A stretch of 64,000 nt of DNA from an uncultured Gemmatimonadales bacterium. Its GTDB lineage: Bacteria > Gemmatimonadota > Gemmatimonadetes > Gemmatimonadales > GWC2-71-9. The notes below the pieces were generated by a model that did not search any database, was not told where the DNA came from, and saw only the letters and a list, made by a program, of their open reading frames with translations. The DNA lies in contig CAVZZO010000003.1 in the NCBI GenBank assembly GCA_963779755.1, positions 608,001-672,000 on the forward strand, in the 5' to 3' direction. A program made the translations under genes and the position numbers. Shown here one piece after another: positions 62,596-64,000 of the stretch. Position 1 is the first letter of the stretch, and each line of letters begins with the position of its first letter.

Positions 62596-63878
62596 TATTC
62601 CACGTCAATGATCTGCTCCCGTCTCGTCCCCACACTGACATACCGCACCGGCGCACCGGCCAGCTCCTGCAGCCGGTCGAGGTAGGCGCGGGCCTCCGGC
62701 GGAAGGTCGGCCAGGCGGCGTGCGTCGCCGGTGGGGCGCCGCCACCCCGGCAGCCGCTCGTATTCCGGCCGCACCCGCTCCAGGCGCTCCACATCGGACG
62801 GCATCTCTTCGCAGGCGGCGCCGTCCAGGTCATAGGCGCGCCCGATCGGGATTTCGGCAAATGCGTCGAGCACGTCCAGCTTGGTGACCGCCAGGCCGGT
62901 GAGCCCGTTGACCCGCACGGCATAGCGCACCACGGTCGCATCGAACCAGCCGCAGCGACGGGGCCGGCCGGTCGTCGCGCCGAATTCGGCGCCGGCGGCC
63001 CGCAGACGCTCGGCGTCCTCCGGCCCGGCTTCGGTGGGGAGCGGGCCGTTGCCGACGCGCGTGGTGTAGGCCTTCACCACCCCCAGGACGCCATCCACCG
63101 CCGTGGGGCCGATGCCGGCCCCCACCACCGCGCCGCCCGCCGTGGTATTGGAGGAGGTCACGAACGGATAGGTGCCGTGATCGACATCGAGCAGTGCGCC
63201 CTGGGCACCTTCCAGCAGCACGGCGCGGCCCTCCTTCAGCCCCCGGTGGACCAGCAGACCCGTGTCGGCGGCCAGCGGCAGCAGCCGCGGCGCGAGGCGC
63301 TCGAGCAGCTCGGCATGCTCCTGGTAGTCGGCTTCGGCATCGTGATTCATCAGACTCAGCAACCGATTGGCACGCTCCACCCGCTCGCGCACCATTCCCA
63401 GCGCCTTGTCCAGCCGCCGCAGATCGCCGATGCGGATGCCGCGACGGCCGTACTTGTCTTCGTAGGTCGGACCGATCCCGCGCCCCGTCGTCCCGATCTT
63501 CTGGCTGCGCTCGCTGGCCGCGTCGAGCAGCTTGTGATAGGGCAGTACCAGGTGGGCGCGATCGGAAAGGAACAGGCGCCCACGGGTGTCGATGCCGCGC
63601 CCGGTGAGGCCGTCCAGCTCGGTGAAGAACGTTTCCGGATCGAGCACCACACCGTTGCCGACGATACAGACCGTACGGGGATGAAGAATCCCGGAGGGGA
63701 TCTGGTGCAGCACGAACTGGCCGTCGCCGGCCACCACGGTGTGGCCGGCATTGGCGCCCCCCTGGTAGCGGACCACGAGATCCGCCCGCTCGGCGAGCAC
63801 GTCCACCACTTTGCCCTTCCCCTCATCGCCCCACTGGGCGCCCACGACGACGACGCACCGGGTCCGGGTATCGAACAT
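62595..63878 (-). CDS. purA: Adenylosuccinate synthetase
   Basis: GAQWGDEGKGK, RYQGGANAGHT, EGAQGALLDVDHGTYPFVTSS and GATTGRPRRCGWFD. Confidence 0.97.
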   Translation of the reverse strand: MFDTRTRCVVVVGAQWGDEGKGKVVDVLAERADLVVRYQGGANAGHTVVAGDGQFVLHQIPSGILHPRTVCIVGNGVVLDPETFFTELDGLTGRGIDTRGRLFLSDRAHLVLPYHKLLDAASERSQKIGTTGRGIGPTYEDKYGRRGIRIGDLRRLDKALGMVRERVERANRLLSLMNHDAEADYQEHAELLERLAPRLLPLAADTGLLVHRGLKEGRAVLLEGAQGALLDVDHGTYPFVTSSNTTAGGAVVGAGIGPTAVDGVLGVVKAYTTRVGNGPLPTEAGPEDAERLRAAGAEFGATTGRPRRCGWFDATVVRYAVRVNGLTGLAVTKLDVLDAFAEIPIGRAYDLDGAACEEMPSDVERLERVRPEYERLPGWRRPTGDARRLADLPPEARAYLDRLQELAGAPVRYVSVGTRREQIIDVE

Positions 63879-63907
63879 TCGGCTCCCCAGGCTCCTGAGT
63901 TGGCGGC

Positions 63908-63930
63908 AAAAGAAAAGCCCCTTGCGGGGC
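63908..63930 (-). terminator. Terminator-like hairpin in the purA leader
   Basis: Minus strand GCCCC-GCAA-GGGGC followed by TTTTCTTTT. Confidence 0.62.
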
Positions 63931-63947
63931 GTCTGTATCCTCCGACT

Positions 63948-63976
63948 ATCCTAGCCCGCCCCCGGGGAAAGGTCAA
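63948..63976 (-). promoter_or_regulatory. Putative sigma70 promoter of purA
   Basis: TTGACC-N17-TAGGAT on the minus strand. Confidence 0.68.
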
Positions 63977-64000
63977 TCCGGCGGGGCGGCCTGCAGCAGG

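Overview
A very GC-rich bacterial chromosomal window with about 52 densely packed genes. Gene content suggests Gemmatimonadota or a related diderm (inference from GWxTD-type proteins, Zn-ribbon Ser/Thr kinases, homodimeric GlyRS and YpdA). I saw no rRNA, tRNA, CRISPR array, transposase, integrase or prophage. Main blocks: (1) an uncharacterised catabolic cluster (FAD-linked oxidoreductase, enolase-superfamily enzyme, CBS protein, pyruvate oxidase-like TPP enzyme, ASRT-family protein); (2) rpiA, an FNT transporter, a KirBac channel, a peptidase-propeller-Omp85 protein, a frameshifted nfo and class II ribonucleotide reductase nrdJ; (3) an envelope block of amidase, a second peptidase-Omp85 protein, three tandem TPR/GWxTD-type paralogs and a Ser/Thr kinase with a TonB-C-like tail; (4) an FHA/PP2C/FHA-trypsin signalling operon holding an apparently internally deleted kinase gene; (5) peptidoglycan recycling genes murQ-anmK-nagZ plus a sodium:solute symporter; (6) housekeeping and accessory genes (ggt, ABC exporter, ccdA, Fur, TIGR00300, TonB receptor, priA, dipeptide epimerase, HDAC, a small ubiquitin-like protein, glyQS, ypdA, purA). 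The most striking unexplained signal is non-coding. About a dozen intergenic gaps hold short tandem-repeat tracts (7-, 9- or 11-nt units of different sequence), usually as a purine-rich arm followed by its inverted pyrimidine-rich arm. Also notable are a promoter-proximal terminator in the purA leader and several probable leaderless genes.
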